Shown here piece after piece: positions 63,953 through 64,000 of a stretch of 64,000 bases of DNA (positions within the stretch are counted from its first letter, which is position 1; the number at the start of each line of letters is the position of its first letter). The stretch covers positions 8,275 through 72,274 of the IMG/VR virus record IMGVR_UViG_3300021958_011004. One strand, written 5' to 3'. This DNA comes from a virus. Taxonomy: Duplodnaviria > Caudoviricetes. Position numbers and translations under genes: made by a program. The notes under the pieces were generated by a model that was given only the letters and a program-made list of their open reading frames with translations, was not told where the DNA came from and ran no database searches.

Positions 63953-64000
63953 GGTTACCTCCAAAAATTAAGTATCTTGAAAAAATGAATTCCTGAGAAT

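Overview
AT-rich (roughly one-third GC by eye), gene-dense segment with almost all genes on the minus strand; only thyX and one fibre-like gene are credible plus-strand genes. Gene content (DnaE-type polymerase, sigma70-like factor, GroEL, Hsp20, bS21, tmRNA, tRNAs, nucleotide-metabolism enzymes, many orphans, Shine-Dalgarno sites, no housekeeping operons) best fits a jumbo/huge bacteriophage. Host clues (MYXO-CTERM-like tail, GltF/CglF-like protein, vWA and acidic DTG-repeat lipoproteins) point to Myxococcota or a related predatory lineage. Most notable: (1) a fractured dnaE joined by a split intein with a Vsr-like endonuclease gene between the halves; (2) a candidate pyrimidine-modification cluster flanking dnaE (divergent ThyX paralog, deoxyribosyltransferase, kinase fused to a thymidylate-synthase-like domain); (3) a family of unrelated proteins sharing an MK(I/L)xxxQLRxxIxE leader resembling a capsid-targeting/prohead-protease signal, several carrying nucleotidyl-transfer or nuclease domains; (4) a sigma factor whose region 4.2 HTH appears to be a separate gene, plus two recurring promoter-like motifs; (5) a tRNA locus broken by an endonuclease gene. 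All protein assignments are from motif recognition by eye; no database search was run.
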